The notes beneath the pieces were generated by a model. It ran no database searches, was not told where the DNA came from, and saw only the letters and a list, made by a program, of their open reading frames with translations. Of a stretch of 64,000 bases of DNA, positions 60,712-64,000 are shown one piece after another. The position numbers were made by a program, and so were the translations under genes. Positions within the stretch are counted from its first letter, which is position 1. Each line of letters begins with the position of its first letter. Source of the DNA: Dimorphilus gyrociliatus (Eukaryota > Animalia > Annelida). Location: the NCBI GenBank assembly GCA_904063045.1, contig CAJFCJ010000046.1, forward strand, positions 238,028 through 302,027, in the 5' to 3' direction.

Positions 60712-61660
60712 AACCATTTTATAATTGCTCATCAAATCTAGGAGTTGAAATAGGTCTCTATCAATCAAAGGGCAAGTTTTCAAAAAGATACATTCACGAG
60801 ATCAGGAATCTATTCCCTAACATCTCTTTCTGCTCAACCTTTCGTTGAGTTCAATTTTCAAACTGTAGCCGTAAGTAGTGAATATGGGTTGGAAACATCC
60901 TGGTCAGGCTTTATGTATGAAGGAAACAATGTATTCTTTGTTGGTAGAAACTCTCCTTTTTTAGAAACAGGATACCAAATACCATTTACTCAAATTGTTG
61001 CACTGAGGGGTGCTGCTCTAATCATGCAGAATAGAGAGATTCAAGTCTTTTCAACTGGATGGTATTATGTTAATTTTGGCATTGGATTTTTAGGTAGATT
61101 ATCTTGTTTGGTAAGCCTCGTGAAAAATGTAGAATCTAGATCTTTTGAAAGATCTATAGCAAAAAACCACATAGATTCAATAGCCACTCAAGCATCTAGA
61201 GGAATTATTGTTAAATTGAATGAAAATGACAGGATATCATTAAAATTGCATGCTGGTGCATCAACATCAAGTAAAATGTCTACTTACATATCTGGATTTA
61301 AATTAAATTTAACTGTGGAAAGGCCAGCATTCTATGCCTATAGAACTGACAATGTGCTAGGATCATCAAGGGTAAAGATAGCCTATGATGCATGTGTCAT
61401 TGACACTAATTCTGGTTGGAATTCCTCAGAAAATGTTTTAACGTTGCAATTTCCGGTTTATATTATATTGATGTGTCTGTTGGCACATGGCCAAATTCAC
61501 AATCAATAATATATATTATGGTGAACAATGAACAAAGATTGGGTATGAGAAGAGCAAGACCAAGACCAGGCTATGAAACAATGAGCAGGGCAGGTTTATT
61601 AAAATTGCAAGTTAATGATAGAGTATCGGTAGAGACAAGTACTAATTTACATCATTGGCT
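60712..61660 (+). pseudogene. 5'-truncated third C1q paralog (partial mirror copy 61865-62595, minus)
   Basis: Colinear with 40705-41645; frameshifts near 60780 and 61439. Confidence 0.85.
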
Positions 61661-64000
61661 TTGTTTTACATTTCTCCTTTATAATTTGGCATTATGTACT
61701 GTTGCATGATTAAATTGTATTTTAAATACCAGTGGAGTTGATTATTTATTCTGTCTTTTACCAAAGCTTAAGTGGATAATACATCAAAATAAAAGTTTTT
61801 AGAGAACTTTTGATGGTGCTTTTCAAATATCAATTTCTTTTCAAGCATTGAATTAAATCCACTAGTTAAAACATTTTCTGAGGAATTCCAACCAGAATTA
61901 GTGTCAATGACACATGCATCATAGGCTATCTTTACCCTTGATGATCCTAGCACATTGTCAGTTCTATAGGCATAGAATGCTGGCCTTTCCACAGTTAAAT
62001 TTAATTTAAATCCAGATATGTAAGTAGACATTTTACTTGATGTTGATGCACCAGCATGCAATTTTAATGATATCCTGTCATTTTCATTCAATTTAACAAT
62101 AATTCTCTAGATGCTTGAGTGGCTATTGAATCTATGTGGTTTTTTGCTATAGATCTTTCAAAAGATCTAGATTCTACATTTTTCACGAGGCTTACCAAAC
62201 AAGATAAATCTACCTAAAAATCCAATGCCAAAATTAACATAATACCATCCAGTTGAAAAGACTTGAATCTCTCTATTCTGCATGATTAGAGCAGCACCCC
62301 TCAGTGCAACAATTTGAGTAAATGGTATTTGGTATCCTGTTTCTAAAAAAGGAGAGTTTCTACCAACAAAGAATACATTGTTTCCTTCATACATAAAGCC
62401 TGACCAGGATGTTTCCAACCCATATTCACTACTTACGGCTACAGTTTGAAAATTGAACTCAACGAAAGGTTGAGCAGAAAGAGATGTTAGGGAATAGATT
62501 CCTGATCTCGTGAATGTATCTTTTTGAAAACTTGCCCTTTGATTGATAGAGACCTATTTCAACTCCTAGATTTGATGAGCAATTATAAAATGGTTGAAAA
62601 AACAAATCTAACTGGCAATAGAAAAATAGGTAAAGGAAAAGCGGATATTTGTCGAGGACTTCGAATGTCATCAAGCACTTTGAAAATTTAACTTTTCATT
62701 CTTGTAATTTAAATGAAAAACAAAGTAGACAGATTTTGGAAATTTGCTACAGCATTGCTCCCATATTGAATCCATTATTCTATGCGAGAATAAAGAATTG
62801 GGTGGTGGAGTGAAGAATATTTGTGAAGGACTTCAAATGTCATTGGACACTTTGAAGAAACTAGATTTACGTTTTTGTGATTTCAATGAGAAACTTACTA
62901 CTGAGATTGAATATATTTTAAAACATGGCTGCCAAAATGAAAGATTTATTCTATTTAAAGATATAAAGCTGGATGGAGGAATATTCAAAATTTGGGAATG
63001 TCCCTAAATTCTCTTGGTTTAAAGCTCTGTAACCTTAAATTTATTAATTTTCCAGTCCATCTAGACTTTCCAAGGTTTGTCTTTCTGGATCAAACCTCAA
63101 CCTTCAGAATGGGACAAGAACAACTCTAAGAACCTTCACTAGTTATCGCAAGAAGTTTGAAGATGACAGAAAATGGTTCCAAAAGGACAGAAAACGTCCT
63201 CAAAATTATAGAAAACCCTCCCTTCCGAAATTATAGACAATATCGAAGAAAATGACTGATATATTTAATTAATAAATAATTAATTAATTTCATAACCAAA
63301 TGAACATAATATCAGCAGCTATGTTTGTCAGCACAAGCTGTTTCCTTATCCTCCCTACTTTGAATAACCCATCAGAGGTTATTAGTCTCCGAACCATTAC
63401 TCCATCCCTGCCTATTTTTCGTCGCCCTAAAGTCTTTTTCACCATCATTTGTCCACATCTGAAGTCATCTTAGTGAGAATCTAGCCTCATCAGCTAAAGA
63501 TGCTTTATGCTAGTCTAGATTCTGCTATTGCTTATAACTTTCTTACTTTTTTATATTTCTTGGTCACAAGATCTCTCATATCTTTGTTGAATAAATACAA
63601 TAAATATGAACAAATATTATTAAAATATAATTAATTTATAAAAATAGAACGCAAAGAATTCAAATCAGCTGCTAGAAAAAAGTTTTGTGGCAGCAAATAA
63701 TGTTGTTTATCAACCTGAATGTCATGCTTTCAGCTATTATAGAAAACCTTTGTCAGCTGCTATACTACTACTATTACTCTGTTGCATATAGAGCAGAACA
63801 AAGTTGCAAAAGTAGGACAATTATGCTTGTTTATTAATATTTAACAAACTACAGATGGCGCTTTAACATGAGATGGTGCTTCCTCCCTGCCATATTTCGT
63901 TAAGATTACCTTCATTTTGATTTACAAAGCCGGTAAATATTGAACTTGTGTCTTTGTAATTTTAATTTTTATCAAAATTACATGATTTTAGTACAATGTT

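Larger units (their letters stand above)
59297..64000. repeat. Inverted duplication 2: arms 59297-61442 and 61865-64000 (runs off the window), 422-bp spacer
   Basis: The last bases of the window are the reverse complement of 59297 onward; arms differ by scattered 1-bp indels. Confidence 0.96.

Noticed and set aside
1-64000. CRISPR array, rRNA, operon, or bacterial contaminant contig
   Set aside because: No spaced direct-repeat array or rRNA-like sequence; spliceosomal introns and animal gene families throughout

Overview
AT-rich (roughly 30% GC by eye) animal genomic DNA with very short introns (57-66 nt); gene content points to a lophotrochozoan, probably an annelid (inference). Apparently intact genes: a 3-exon DEG/ENaC channel with a ~500-aa ectodomain insertion, an intronless rhodopsin-family peptide GPCR, a caspase-fold protein lacking both catalytic residues, a 2x chitin-binding + TSP1 + 3x C1q protein, tRNA-Ser(AGA), a claudin/PMP22-like gene, a large LDLa-LRR-7TM (GRL101-like) receptor and an intronless bacterial-type SDR. 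Around them is a dense field of broken immune-type paralogs (RNI/NLR-like LRRs, C1q, F-lectin, GRL101-like) and transposon debris (Gypsy LTR family with PBS and TSDs, Tc1, MULE, two MITE families). Two large inverted duplications dominate: 17.3-29.2 kb (arms near-identical except a ~610-bp diverged island, with diverged homology continuing past a 6-N gap) and 59.3-64+ kb. Best leads: palindrome-associated shuffling or conversion of immune ectodomain exons (assembly artefact must be excluded), two bacterial-like genes (one between inverted repeats), the pseudo-caspase, and an LTR element whose primer tRNA gene lies in the window. All identities are estimates by eye; no database searches were run.
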